Origin: Scyliorhinus canicula
Taxonomy: Eukaryota
Length of the DNA stretch: 64,000 bases
Direction of reading: 5' to 3'
Assembly (NCBI RefSeq): GCF_902713615.1
Contig: NC_052172.1
Span: 12,938,185 to 13,002,184 of the forward strand
A program made the translations under genes and the position numbers. A model generated the notes under the pieces. The model was given only the letters and a program-made list of their open reading frames with translations, had not been told where the DNA came from and did not search any database. Of this stretch, positions 1 to 12,497 are shown in pieces (within the stretch, counting starts at the first letter, position 1; each line of letters opens with the position of its first letter).

Positions 1-3000
1 TCAGAGGGATGCAATGGGGGCACAGCCCCGTTGCTCATTTTCTACTCAGGGCTCCAAATCAACATGGGGCAATATTTCAGATCGTGTGTACAATTTGGGG
101 ATTTAGGGGCTGTAAATAGGTGTAATTTTTATCAATTGGTTTGGGCCCTACCAACATCATTGAATGAATATGCCCCTGGGCAGCTTCATAGGGCCCCATG
201 AGCGACAGATCAAAATTACTCCATATTGTATCCCCGAAGTAAGGTTGAACATTATTTTCATTAATCGTTGCGCTGCAAGTGTGTGTGTGTGTGTGTTTTC
301 CGAGACTTTTGCTTTTATTTGTCCACGATTTCAAGTTTTTTCTTTTTTTTTTTGAAAATCAAGATTATACAAGGGAAGAGTTGTCCTTTTTGTTTTAGAA
401 TGTGAAGCGACGAAACGTGATGCTGGATGCGGGGAAACTGGAATAAAGCTGCCTCTGGAGTGAAACCACGGCCTCAGTTGCAATTCGCCTCGCCTGTTCC
501 AGAGGAGGTGGCTCAGGAAGGCCCGACCCTTACCAGAAGTAGATGTGGTTGCAAACAAAATGCTTTATATTAATGTCTGCAGGTGAATGTGAAACCGGTA
601 GTGTTTAAACTCTGCAGCTTTTGAGATGAGTAACATGGGGGTGGGGGGGGGGGGGGCAGGCTCCAGCTGTCATGCTAGGTAATGTTGCAAGACTTGCCAC
701 ATTTCTTGTCCAGCTTTTGAGGCCAGTTTCCTGATTAACCTCTTTCCCCACTCGTGCACTGTGGACTTTATATCTGCTTAAGAGACAAAGCAAGCTGATT
801 GCATTGAATCCCTGCCCCGCCATCATCCTGCTGCTGTGGTGCGAAGCAGTCCTATGCCTTAATGCTCTTCCATGCAGTTGGAATCTGGTCTGGCTGCCAA
901 TCAATCAATCAATCCTCTTTCTCCCCCCCCCCCCCCCCCCCCCCCCAACGAAAGGGGGGTTCCTTTCCAAATGGAGTCAGCTGCCTATATTGCCTTTTCT
1001 GAACTCAAATTTGCTGACCACCACTGGCGGGGAGGATAATGGCTGACGGTGGTCTGCTCGAAGACGCGTGGTATTTGACAAACTTACAAGCCTTTTATCT
1101 AGCTAACTGGCCAGTTCCAATTGGTACAGTGTAGTGGTGCTGAAATGACTACACTGATCCTTCGTCGCTATTGGTGTTTTTCTTTGCCCCGGTATGTTGA
1201 TATTCTTCTAACCTGCAGAACATCAGGTGTCAGGTCTGAATTTCATAAGGTTTTGACACTTGCTTTTCACTGCAGGGGGTGCTGTACCATTCAGTATTGT
1301 TATTTAAGTAGATATGAAGAACATGGGTACCGCTGTGTAAGGTTGAGATTCCTTTTCAGTTTTATAAGTGAAGATAGGTTAAATAGCCATATTAACTGAT
1401 CGGTGTTAATACCGCACTATAGGCACAGTTAAATATTTTTAATCTTTGTTTCATGACGGCACATTGCATGGAGCAGAGTTTTACAATGATCTTTAATTTT
1501 TGTACTGTATATAAGACACTTAATTTGTGGTGTTTATTCTGAGGAGGGGGGACGTGTTGGCTGCGTAGGGTTCAAACGAAATAATTTACTGAGGAGAGGC
1601 TCGTGTTTTTGAGCCAGTCCTAGAATTATCTGATTCACGAGGCACAGTTTTTAAAAATGATACTGCTGTTCACCTAATACTCCCACACGTGGTGGAAGCC
1701 GTGGTGGCTTCCTACCCTAAAGGACTTGGTTTGAAATAAAATGTGGGTGGGGGGGTGTCCAGTGAGGGTCATTTTCCATCTTCTATAAAATAAGTTTTAC
1801 GTGGCCGCAATCATGAAGCAACGCGAGTGCATTAACGCTAGGTGTGAGGAAAGGTGCCTCTAGCATCACTGGTGACCAACAGTGAGGGTGTGGCCACAAC
1901 CACGTGGGTTGCTGAACTGAAGGAGAGATTCTAGTTCGTGGCTTTACCATGTTGGAAGGGTTCACTGAATCGTTCTTCCAGCTGCGCTGTCCCGTTTACC
2001 CGCCCTGCTTGGGTTTTACCATCCGCACATTGGGCAGTACAATGTCGATCATTTTTGGGAGGGCTGAACAATGGAGAAACTAGCCTGCTTTTCACTTTTA
2101 TTTATTCTGTCACTTTATAATGTATTGGTTTTGCACCTGTTATCCGATAATACTGAGCAGATACCGTAATTTCCAATGAAACACTTCCTCCCCCCTCCAC
2201 ACCGCCAGTCTTCTCACCCGCTGCTCACGGTTCTACACAGTGAGGATTTGGGTGATGTCTCGTGGCCTGACTCTTGAATCCTATTTTAAGCCGTGCTTTG
2301 ATTGTAGAACTTTTAATTTTTTTTCTACGCCACTTGCCTGTGAATGTTTTCTTTAATCTTTGGCGCAAGGCTCGTTTGTACACACGATGCTCCCTCCTAC
2401 TGTTAACAGAATAATTTTAGGCAAATTAAGTTTACAATGTTGGCAATTCTGAATTTGTAACCTGGAGTGTTGAGGTCCTTACTGAATCAGAATTTTGGTC
2501 TCTCTCTCCTACAGCATTTGATGTTTAGTTTCCTTTTTAATTGGCTGCTCATGACACAACTTATAGTTCAGGGTTCAAATTTTTGAGAGCTCTCGGCACC
2601 TAAAAACTTGGTGTCCAGTTTTGTGTCCCTGGAAGACTGATGTCTACTTCCCACGTGTGGGAGGGACTGCACACTTTATGCCTGTCTGTGAAGCTCCGTT
2701 TGTTCTATGCAAGTTTTTAAGTTTCTTGGCACTGAAAGGATTTTTTTTTTTAACAAAACGTTGCTTGGAAGATGTTTAATCATGGGCATGAGTTGTTTGG
2801 GATGGGTATATACTTTCACCCGCCCCCAAACCGGGCTTCGGTTTGACTATTTAAGAAAACAAAAATGTTTAAAAGTTTTCACCTTTTATTTTCTTGGTGC
2901 TTTGCAAAGTTTACTGCAGGCTTGTCCAGTAAGAGGTCGGGGACTGCCTTGCACAGCTGCGTTTTAAAAAAAAAAAAAGAAAATCTCATCTTGAAGTGGG

Positions 3001-4450
3001 AATTCTACCACTTGTGGTGGTAGAAAGTGGTGCTGTCAATGGGTAACCATAGAAGTATCATTAATGACTGGTTTAATGATTGGGGTTTGGCAGTACGGAG
3101 TGTGTCAGTGCAGGCTAGTGAGCATGCTTCCTTTTTTTCCCCTGTTGGCCAGGTTACACAATCTGATCCGACAGGCTGCCCATCATTATCCCGTGGCGAG
3201 GCAGCTGTAGTCCCCCATGTCTTGGAACGGTGCAATTCTGATCAGTCGCCCTGGGGACTGGAGAAGGAGGATGTGCTGTACCAGTCTGGCCACTCACTCG
3301 ACGGCAGAAGCCCGAGGTCGTGGTTTTTAAGTCTGGCTGTGGAAGCACTCCATTAGGTCAATCAGCGGCTAAAAGAGATGGCTAGGCCACTCCTTCGGGC
3401 CGGACTGTTTATTAATCGATCTCTTTTTCCCAAGCCGACTGACCTGCTGGGTGTTTTCACATTCCTTGTTTTCTCTTGGTGGGAAAAGCTAACCCCCAAC
3501 TCGATCCAGACTTTCTGGAATTCAAGAATAACCTTAAGAATAACCCTTTCATTGCAAGTCACAAGTTTTCAAATTCTTCAGGCTAACGTACTGTGGGATG
3601 GTAAAACCTGTTTCTGATTATGTCAATTCTATATTTGAGAGAGCAGATAGTTCAGAAAGGTCTTGTGTGTGTTTATGTGTGTGCGTGTGTACATATAAAA
3701 TATATATATATTGAAAAAAAGACTATCTCGTTAAGAGAGAATTGTGAATTTTATTTAATGTTAATAGTTATATATTTATGGAAATGTTTGACACAGGAAG
3801 TTTTGCTTTGATGCAGTAAGTCTTTTAGAGTGTAATTACACATCCTACCTGTTAACAGTTTCACATGAACCCAGCACAGCTGTTGAAACACTGACCTCTA
3901 GGGAAAAAGCAGTGGACCTGAGAGGTTTTTATTTGGTCCTCCTGTGTCTGAGGCACTGACATGATGACGTACGGTTGCTGAGAGTCTTCCTGCATGATTC
4001 CAGCCTGTTTGGAGAGGGATTGGTGCATGACGTTGATCCCTTTGTGCACCTCCTGTCTCCACACACGCACTTTTCAATACAGATTGCCGAACCATTCTAG
4101 AATGAGAACTCTTAACTTCTCTACTCCCAAAAGCCTCGAATTCCAAAGTTTCCTGCCACTCTCGGGGGAGGTTTATTAACTCTCCTGTCTTGATTAAACT
4201 GGTTAACCAAAGGCTGCTGTTGAATATCTGGATCTGCAATTGTGGTGAGGATAATAAAAGGAACAGTGACTTTGGGTGTGCGAGGTCCTTGTTATTGGAA
4301 CTGCTAATGCAAGGCCTGGTCGGTGCCAGCAGGTGTGCTGTGGTTTCGTGTGCCAAGCAGACTGTGGTGCTGCTCAAATGTCTATGCAATTACTGTCCAA
4401 TGAAAATGCAGGTATTTACATTTTCTTAAAATAAAATTTTTAAAATTACA
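1..4450 (+). other. Probable long 3' UTR (terminal exon) of an unidentified upstream gene
   Basis: 4.4 kb with no recognisable transposon, whereas the rest of the window is repeat-saturated. U-rich tracts, Pumilio-type TGTAHATA (1506, ~3688), AATAAA at 4430-4435, and no credible ORF. Confidence 0.55.
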
Positions 4451-4689
4451 TTAACGGAGTGTCTGCGGGTTTTATTTCCTTGAGACCTTTCATCTTATCT
4501 TTGCATTCAACAATAGGCGTACTTCAGCCACGACTTTCCGGGTGGGTGAAAACAGAGATGCATTTATATTTGCCCCTTTCGCACTCCCAGGAGGGGGGGG
4601 GTGGTATGGTGGTACAGTGGTTAGCACTGCTGCCTCACTGCGCCAGGGACCCGGGTTCGATTTACACTTTGGGTGACTGCAGGGTCTGC

Positions 4690-6460
4690 ACACCACCTTA
4701 TCTTCTCTGGCCCCACCTGCTCCATCAATGTGCCGAGTTCTTTTGCCATGTTTGAGGTCTTCCCGGTTTTGGGGTTCGAACAGTCTGTCCACGGGACCTG
4801 CACACATTTAAAGCAACCCCCCCTCCTCCCTGGCATGATAAGCCGTGTGTGTATATGTCGGGGACTTCCGCCATAACCTTCTTTATAAACTCCGTGTCGT
4901 CCCATTTGGGTGCGTATAAGTTAGCCAGGACACCGCCGACCATGACGTACCATCCCCTGGGTCCGTAACTGTCCTCACAGTAAACACTGTCCTCAAGTTT
5001 ATCAGTATGGCTAAACCCGTCCCCTCTCCCTCAGCTCCCGTCCCATAACATGAATGGTGGGTCTGTCCCACCCAGCCCTTACCCGCAGTCGGTCCTGTTC
5101 TCTCAGGTGTGTCTCTTTGAGGAAGATTATGTCGGCTCTCATACTTTTTAGGTGGGCGAAGACTCTGGATCTTTTCACTGGGCAGTTAAGTCCTCTGACG
5201 TTCCAGGTGACTATTCTGATGTTTCTTTAAATTCTCCCCCCTCCCCCTTGCAGGATCAACCATATTTAATGTGTGGATGCGCCCCTGCATTCGGGGTTTC
5301 CTTTTGTTAGGAGACCGTCCAAAATGGCCGTGTACACTGTGTACTCTCCATGAGATCGGTCCCCTGCGCTCCGGGGTTTCCCTTTGTCCAGGGGCTACCC
5401 GACATGGCCACAAACTAAGAGTACGCCATATGGATGTTTCCCTTTGGGAACTCTCCAAAGTGGATGTCTGCAGCACCATCCTGTTCCCTGTCGCCACGTG
5501 TGGCCTGTTGTAACCAGCCTAAAGCCCTTCCCCAACCCCCCAGTCCAAAGATGTGCAGGTTAGGTGGATTGGCCATGCTAAATTGCCTGTAGTGTAAGGT
5601 AATGGGGGATTGTTGGTTACGGGTATACGGGTTACGTGGGTTTAAGTGGGGTGATCATTGCTCGGCACAACATCGAGGGCCGAAGGGCCTGTTCTGTGCT
5701 GTACTGTTCTATGTTCTATGTTCCTTTGCTCCCCTATGATTCCACCCCCCCCCCTTCTGCTGGTGTGTTTCCCCCCCCCCCCCTCCTCCTAGACCCCCTT
5801 GTAATGTTTACTCCCCCTTCGCCAGATGTGCTCTCCCCCGTGGGAGATATGCCGCGATTCCCCCTCTCGTACCTCCTAGCTTTCCTGCTGGTGTGATGGC
5901 CCCCTCCTGGGTTCGGTCTGTTTTCCCTCTCCCCTCATCCTCCCCTGGGTCGCCACCAACCTTGCTATGTCCGCCTGTAGGGTGACGATCCAGTCCGCTT
6001 GGTCCGTGGGGCCTTTTCTTGTTCTCCGATTGTGTTTTCCTGGGCCTCCGTTTTGTCGAGGGCCGTCCGCTAGGTGGCCAGTGCTTCCATGACCCCCACC
6101 TTGACCGCTGCCTGGATCTCAACCCTTTTGCCCTCCTCGAGCTCCTACAGCTCTCGGGCGATGAATTTCCTCCCGGCGCCATCCGGCGAGGGCGAATTCC
6201 TTGCCCGGCTCATTGGCCCATCTCGGGTGTGGGCAGGGCTTTCTCGCCGTTGCCTCGCCATTTGGTTTCTCTCGGCTCCTGTGACCTCTGGTGTAGCTGC
6301 TGTGCGCCATTTCGGTTATTGGCTTGTATCTTCGTTTGTGTGTTGAAGAGGGTGATGAGGGGGTGCTTTTTCCCTCGGATCTGACTGGCTAATTTTGGAT
6401 AAAATTGCCTAAATTCAAGAGCCGCCATCTGTGTGTCCACTCGGCACATCCTTGTCACTA
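4690..6460 (-). mobile_element. L1 (LINE-1)-clade fragment: 5' region plus start of ORF2 endonuclease, interrupted by a V-SINE 3' half (5540-5722)
   Basis: Minus strand near 5186-5220 reads RIVTWNVRGLN. A degenerate GGDFN-like segment (GGCFKCV) and an NLYAP motif follow. AGATGGCGG 5'-UTR motif near 6430. Confidence 0.7.
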
Positions 6461-6989
6461 GAAAGCTCTTCCCCTCTTCTAAAAAGTTTGTAACGTATCT
6501 GTTCTAATAAACCTTTGGCCATCTGCCCTGATGTCTTCTGTGACTCCGTGTCTGATGTTCTCAGGTGAAGCACCTTGGGACTTTTACTCTGTTCCAAGTT
6601 GCTGCTTTCCAACAATGAGTCCACAGAACTACTGCAGATAGAAAAATAAAGTCAGGCCTTAAAATTATACCAGTCCAGAGCCGTTCCCTTGAGACATCCC
6701 TCGATTACAAAACGTGTGATTATGCAGCTATGTTGATATGAAGCAGAACCAGTCTTACGCTGGAGAGTTGGCCTTGATTTAACAGAAGTCCTAGTGTGCG
6801 AGTGGCTGCTATCATGCCATCCATTGACCCAAGAGCTATCTGGCATGTATGACTGTTACACGTTCATAAGTAATGTTTACCTTTGAAGAGTAAGGTAGAG
6901 GACCGTGGACACCATTGGCTTAACACAGAGAAACATCCCTCATGGTTCCCATTCGAAACAACCTTTCTAACAATCAAGTTCAATCATTA

Positions 6990-7321
6990 TGGGTGGAGTG
7001 GTAGCATAGTGGCTAGCACAGTTGCTTCACGGCTCCAGGGTCCCAGGTTCGATTCCCGGCTTGGGCCACTGTCTGTGCGGAGTCTGCACATTCTCCCCGT
7101 CTCTGTGTAGGCTTCCTCCGGGTGCTCCGGTTTCCTCCCACAGTCCAAAGACGTGCAGGTTAGGTGGGTTGGCCATGATAAATTGCCCTTAGTGTCCAAA
7201 AAGGTTGGGTAGGGTTACGGGGATAGGGTGGAGGCACGGGCTTAGGAGGGGTGCTCTTTCCAAGGCCGGTGCAGACTCGATGGGTCTGAATGGTCTCCTT
7301 CTGCACTGTAAATTCTATGAT
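6990..7321 (+). mobile_element. V-SINE (HE1-like), CR1-type tail B
   Basis: tRNA-like head with box B GGTTCGATTCC, V-domain GGTTTCCTCCCACAGTCCAAAGA, tail CCTTCTGCACTGTAAATTCTATGA. Confidence 0.9.
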
Positions 7322-7439
7322 GGTCTGGAAAACCAATTGTTTCTTTGGCGATTCAATTTCTCAAAACGTTGCAGGACAATTAAAAAGGAAACTAAACATC
7401 AAATGCTGTAGGAGAGAGAGACTGACATTCTGATTCAAA

Positions 7440-7750
7440 GGAGTGACAGGCTGCCTGTTTTTCTCTGGCTGGTGCGTCTAAGATCAGAGGACAAAATCTT
7501 TTGGGTAGCCATTTAAGACTGAAATGAGGAGGCATTTCTTCACTCAAGAGGATGGTGAATCTTTGAAATTCTTTGACCTAGGGGCTGTGGAAGCTCATTC
7601 ATTGAGCATGTTCAAGACAGAAATCGATAGATTTCTGGAGATGGATCACATCCAGGGGATAGTGCGGCGAAAGTGGTGTTGAGGAAGTCGATTAGCCATG
7701 ATCCAATTGAATGGTAGAGCAGGTTTAATGGGCCAAATAGTCTCCTCTTC
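7440..7750 (+). mobile_element. Old CR1 LINE 3' fragment
   Basis: Degenerate RRHFFTQR-VVNLWN-type C-terminal coding remnant and CR1 3' tail. Confidence 0.7.
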
Positions 7751-7989
7751 CTTTGCTCAAAGCAGTGTGCATCGGCATACTAAATGTTCAACTCTGAAAC
7801 TGCCTGGAGAAGCCTCGGACAAGCAATTTGTATATGAACTACTCCATCTAGTTAATGGCAAAATATGGCACTTGCCATTCCAAGGCCTTACTAGAGAAGC
7901 CTGTGAAAGCTTTTTGTCCTAACCTCTTTTATTTGTGACGTGTAGGATATTTCATAAGCATGAAACGCCCATCTCTGTACAAGTGAATG

Positions 7990-9325
7990 TTACATAGAAC
8001 AGTACAGCACAGAACAGGCCCTTCGGCCCTCGATGTTGTGCCGAGCTTTGTCCGAAACCAAGATCAAGCTATCCCACTCCCTGTCATTCTGGTGTGCTCC
8101 ATGTGCCTATCCAATAGCCGCTTGAAAGTTCCTAAAGTGTCCGACTCCACTATCACAGCAGGTAGTCCATTCCACACCCGAACCACTCTCTGAGTAAACT
8201 ACCTCGGATATCCCTCCAATATCTCCCACCCTGAATCTTATAGTTATGCCCCCTTGTAACAGCTACATCCACCCTAGGAAATAGTCTCTGAACTCTATCT
8301 ATCCCCCTCATCATCTTTATAAACCTCTGTTAAGTCACCTCTCATCCTCCTCCGCACCAAAGAAAAAAGCCCTAGCTCCCTCAACCTTTCCTCATAAGAC
8401 CTATCCTGCAAACCAGGCAGCATCCTGGTAAATCACCTTTGCACCCTTTCCAATGCTTCCACATCCTTCCTATAGTGAGGTGACCAGAACTGCACACAGT
8501 ACTCCAAATGTGGTCTCACCAGGGTCATGTATAGTTGCAGCATAACCCCACGGCTCTTAAACTCAAGCCCCCTGTTAATAAACGCTAACACACTATAAGT
8601 CTTCTTCACGGTTCTATCTGCTTGAGTGGCAACTTTCAGAGATCTGTGGACATGAACCCCAAGATCTCTCTGTTCCTCCACATTCCTCAGAACCCTGCCG
8701 TTGACCCTGTCAAATTTTTTCTACCAAAATGATTCACCTCGCACTTATCAGGGTTAAACTCCATCTGCCATTTTTCGGCCCAGCTCTGCATCCTATCAAT
8801 GTCTCTTTGCAGCCTACAGCCCTCCACCTCATCCACTACTCCACCAATCTTGGTGTCATCAGCAAATTTACTGACCCACCCTTCAGCCCCCTCCTCCAAG
8901 TCATTGATAAAAATCGCAAATAGCAGAGGACCCAGTACTGATCCCTGTAGTACACCGCTGGTAACTGGTCTCCAGTCTGAAAATTTTCCATCCACCACCA
9001 CCCTCTGTCTTCTTTGTGATAGTCAGTTACTTATCCAATTGGCCAAATTTCCCTCTATCCCACACCTCCTTACTTTCTTCATGAGCCGACCATGGGGAAC
9101 CTTATCAAACGCCTTACTAAACTCCATGTATACGACATCAACTGCTCTACCTTCATCTACACACTTAGTTACCTCCTCAAAGAATTCAATCAAATTTGTG
9201 AGGCAAGACTTACACTTCACGAATCCCTGTTGACTCTCCCGGATTAAGCGGCATTTTTCCAAATGGTCATAAATCCTATCCTTAAGGACATTTTCCACTA
9301 ACTTACTGACCACCGAAGTGAGGAC
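7990..9325 (-). mobile_element. CR1 LINE, 3' part (RT), decayed
   Basis: ORFs 9023-9388, 8687-9001 and 8433-8681 give SKAFDKVPH, QGSVLGP, FADDTK and RPHLEYCVQFWSP. 3' tail GGGCCGAAGGGCCTGTTCTGTGCTGTACTGTTCTATG at ~7992-8030. Confidence 0.95.
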
Positions 9326-12300
9326 CCTCTGAAGGAAGACCACGATCTGGAAAGGATCCTGCGGTCCCCAACACACTGTCCTGGCCATTGCCTCATCCGC
9401 AACACGATCCCAGAGACGTCATCCACTTACCGGCCTTCACCCAATCCACGCCGGAGCGTGGTCTGGACATCCACCAACCTGTGAAGGCAAATCGCAGCCC
9501 GACAGCGACCCGGAACGCTCGACCGTGCAGACCCACCTACCGACGCAGGAACCGCAAGCAAGGCAACAAATCCTCCATTCACACAACAACCAGAGTGAAT
9601 AACCTCATTGGACACAACCATACCCTTAACACTGCATACTCTCACCATCTCCCAGGCTCGAAAAGAAGCAGTCACTCCAGGAAGCGTAGAAAACGTGCAG
9701 GCCTGCAGGTGAGAGTGAAACAACGCGGCCCCAAAGCCCCTCTGCCTCGCTTACTCCTAGAGTCCAATCTCCAGAAAACAAGCAAGACGAACTTAAAGCC
9801 AGACTCACTGTTCAAAGAGAACTGGGGGACTGTTGTGTGCTCTGTTTCACGGAGACATGGCTCACTCCTGCTTCCCCAGACTGTGCCCTACAACCAAAGG
9901 GCTTCTCAATCCACAGAATGGACCGTATGGCGGCCCCAGGCAAGGCTGGGGGAGGTGGGGGTCTGCCTCCTAATCAACACCTCCTGGTGCCTAGATGTAG
10001 CAACACTGGCGAGTTTCTGCTCCCCGGACCTAGAATACCTGACGCTAAAATGCCGCCCCTACTACCTTCCGCGAGAGTTCAGCTCTGTTATCCTGACGGC
10101 AGTTTACATCCCACCCCATGCGAACGTGACAATCCCACTGGACGAAATATTGACCACCACAAATAGCCTTGAAACGAAACATCCCGAGGCCTTGTTCATT
10201 GTAGCTGGGGACTTCAATCAGGCCAAGCTCAAGAGCGTACTACCAAGTTACCACCAACACATCACCTGTTCCACCAGAGGCCCAAACATCCGGGATCACT
10301 GCTTCACAAATATCAAACATGCGTATTGCTGCCCACACTTTGGCAAATCTGACCACAAGGCTGTGCTCCTGCTCCCGGCCTAGAAGAAAAAACCAAAGCG
10401 GGAGAATCCGTCAAAGAAAGTTGTGCATTATTAGTCTGAGGAATCGGATGATCTCCTACAGGATTGCTTCGAGTCAGTGGACTGGTCAGTATTTAAAAAC
10501 TCTGCGACCAGCCTGAACGAGTACGCCACTACAGTAACTGACTTCATTAGTAAGTGTGTAGAAGACTGTGTGCCAAAGAAACAAATTCACATGTTTCCCA
10601 ACTGGAAACCCTGGATGAACAGGGATATCCATTGCTTACTGAAGTCTAGGTCTGAGGCATTCAAGTCAGACGACCCTGATCTACACAAGAAAGCCAGATA
10701 CGATCTAAAGAAATCCATCAAAGATGCCAAAAGACCGTACCGGACCAAGCTCGAGTCCCAGGCTAGCCACACGGATCCCTGCCGTCTATGGCAAGGTCTG
10801 CAAGACATAACGGGCTAACAAGATGAAGGCATGTAAAATCACCAGCTCCAATGCACCCCTCCCTGATGAGCTCAACGCATTCTATGCCCGCTTTGAGCAA
10901 GAGGTCAGTGAGAGCGAGCCCTCCACCCCAGAAGCCTCTGATGAACATATATCTGAGATCACCATTGCAGACATCAGAGCAGCCTTCTCGAAGGTCAACC
11001 CACGGAAAGCCACTGGCCCGGATGGGGTACCCAAACGGACACTCGGGTCTTGCGTGGATCAGCTGGCGTGGGTATTCGCAGACATCTTCAACCTCTCTTT
11101 ACAACAATCTCGGGTCCCGACCTGCTTCAAGGAGACGACCATCATCCCTGTACCAGAAAGAAATCAAGCAGTGTGCCTGAATGACTATCATCCAGTGGCT
11201 CTGACATCCATCATCATGAAGTGCTTCGAAAGGTTAGTCATGGCACGAATCAACTCCAGCCTCCCGGATTGCTTTGATCCACTACAGTTCGCCTACCGCT
11301 GCAACAGGTCCACAGCAGACGCCATTTCCATGGCCCTGCACACCTAGATAACAAAGATACCTATTTATCGACTACAGCTCAGCCTTCAACACCATCATTC
11401 CTACAAAACTCATCTCCAAATTCCGTGGCCTTGGCCTCGGCTCCTCCCTCTGCGACTGGATCCTGAACTTTCTAACCCAACAGGCCACAATCAATAAGGA
11501 TAGGCAACAGCACCTCCTCCACGATCATCCTCAACACCGGTGCCCCACAAGGCTGTGTCCTCGGCCCCCTATGATACTCCTTATACACCTATGACTGTGT
11601 GACCAAATTCCCCTCCAACTCGATTTTCAAATTTGCTGATGACACCACCGTAGTGGGTCGGATTTCAAACAATGACGAGACAGAGTACAGGAATGAGATA
11701 GAGAATCTGGTGAACTGGTGCAACGACAATAATCTCTCCCTCAGTGTCAACAAAACAAAGGAGATTGTCATCAACTTCAGAAAGCATAGTGGAGAACATG
11801 CCCCAGTCTACATCAATGGGAACGAAGTAGAAAGGGTCGAGAGCTTCAGGTTTTTAGGTGTACGATCATCAACAGCCTGTCCTGGTCCCCCCCCCCCCCC
11901 CCCCCCCCCCCCACCCCCATGCCGACATTATAGTTACGAAAGCCCACCAACGACTCTACTTTCTCAGAAGACTAAGGAAATTTGGCATGTCACCTACCCT
12001 CACCAACTTCTACAGATGCACCATAGAAAGCATTCTTTCTGGTTGTATCACAGCTTGGTATGGAGCCTGCTCTGCCCAAGACAGCAGGAACCCACAAACG
12101 GTCCTGAATGTAGCCCAGTCCATCACGCAAACCAGCCTCCCATCCATTGACTCTATCTATAATTCCCGCTGCCTCAGAAAGGCAGCCAGCATAAGTAAGG
12201 ACCCACGCACCCCAGACATACTCTCTTCCACCTTCTTCCGTCAGGAAAAAGATACCAAAGTTTGAGGTCACGTACCAACCGACTCAAGAACAGCTTCTTC

Positions 12301-12497
12301 CCTGCTGCCATCCGACTTTTGAATGTTCCTGCCTCGTATTAAGTTGATCTTTTCTCTACACCTTGCTATAACTGTAACATATTCTGCAGTCTCTCCTTCC
12401 TTCCCTATGTATGGTATGCATTGTTTGTACAGCGTGCAAGAAACAATACTTTTCACTGTATACTAATACATGTGACAATAATAAATCAAATCAAATC
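9326..12497 (+). mobile_element. Rex1/Babar-type non-LTR retrotransposon, near full ORF (APE endonuclease + RT) with frameshifts and stops
   Basis: LCFTETWL, AVYIPP, AGDFN, SDH, KATGPDG, ALTSIIMKCFERLV, FADDTTVVG and YRCTIESIL motifs. 3' end TTTTCACTGTA...GTGACAATAATAAA(TCAAA)n. Confidence 0.9.
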
